A DNA stretch of 64,000 nucleotides from Candidatus Freyarchaeum deiterrae (GTDB lineage Archaea > Asgardarchaeota > Jordiarchaeia > Jordiarchaeales > Jordiarchaeaceae), in NCBI GenBank assembly GCA_037305845.1, contig CP147778.1:3168001-3232000 (forward strand), written 5' to 3'. Positions 63,408 through 64,000 of the stretch are shown here, piece by piece; the first letter of the stretch is position 1; each line of letters begins with the position of its first letter. Both the position numbers and the translations under genes were made by a program. The notes under the pieces are model-generated. The model searched no databases. It was not told the origin of the DNA and saw only the letters and a program-made list of their open reading frames with translations.

Positions 63408-63674
63408 CTAACCTCCGGCTATTGGTACAAATATACTAACTGTGTCTCCATCATTTATTTTTCCCTGTGGATTGTTTGCTTCTTTTCCGTTCAGCATTAC
63501 TCTGACATACTCTCTTAGAGATCCTTTCTCGTCTATTACTACTTCTCTGAATCTTTCCCCGTACTTCTGGCAGAGATAATCTATAAGTAACTGGATGGTT
63601 TCCTTTTTTTCGGTTTCTATGGTTCCCTCTCCAACTATATCGCGGAGCATGGTTAGAAATTTCACTTTTATCAT
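63408..63674 (-). CDS. MoaD/ThiS ubiquitin-like small archaeal modifier / sulfur carrier
   Basis: 88-aa beta-grasp pattern, DGDTVSIF.PIAGG ending in di-glycine. Confidence 0.93.
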   Translation of the reverse strand: MIKVKFLTMLRDIVGEGTIETEKKETIQLLIDYLCQKYGERFREVVIDEKGSLREYVRVMLNGKEANNPQGKINDGDTVSIFVPIAGG

Positions 63675-64000
63675 TTATATTCCCTCAAGTCAATCTCCGA
63701 CATTAGAAATTCCATTTTAAATTCATAGTATAAACTTAAGGGAGAGCGGCGTCAAAAATATTTCCACGAGAAAATTATGGATTGAAAAAATGAGGAGTTT
63801 ATTTTAAGCTTATATTTTTGCGAATTTCTTCACGATTTTCCATGCTTCACTCATTATTCTCTCAATGACTTCTTGGCAGATTAGGAGTATGTGTATTGTA
63901 TTAAATTTATTAATTTTGAGTTCCGGCTTGAAGCATTTACCAAGTTTCTCTATATACCTTTTAGAGGATTATTGAAAACAAATATATAACAGGTTTGCTA

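Overview
This is an AT-rich archaeal chromosomal window, judged from GGTGA/GGAGG ribosome-binding sites, frequent TTG/GTG starts, a SAMP-type ubiquitin-like gene, and V4R and KaiC-like genes. An Asgard-type lineage is my inference from gene content and is not proven. I see no rRNA, tRNA, CRISPR array or transposase. The dominant theme is repeated local gene duplication. There is a five-copy mosaic tandem array of an unnamed ~235-aa 4-Cys protein (2.4-7.9 kb), with three more relatives at 39.5, 44.1 and 45.2 kb. There are also two double-domain KaiC/RAD55-like proteins with degenerate Walker motifs, an operon of a longin/roadblock-like+wHTH gene and two V4R genes, two beta-helix surface proteins sharing flanks and a 5' hairpin, two flavodoxins and three SRPBCC genes. 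The rest is an anaerobic B12/radical metabolic block (corrinoid protein, UroD-family methyltransferase, QueG/RdhA-like Fe-S protein, glycyl radical enzyme, acyl-CoA mutase with isobutyryl-type residues), two toxin-antitoxin pairs, a BsaWI-like nuclease and housekeeping enzymes. The best candidate for a new system is the expanded, recombining 4-Cys V4R-like family, possibly a sensory repertoire working with the inactive KaiC-like and V4R proteins. Two microprotein ORFs missing from the track were also found, one with a UIM-like motif. All family calls are from motif recognition by eye; no searches were run.
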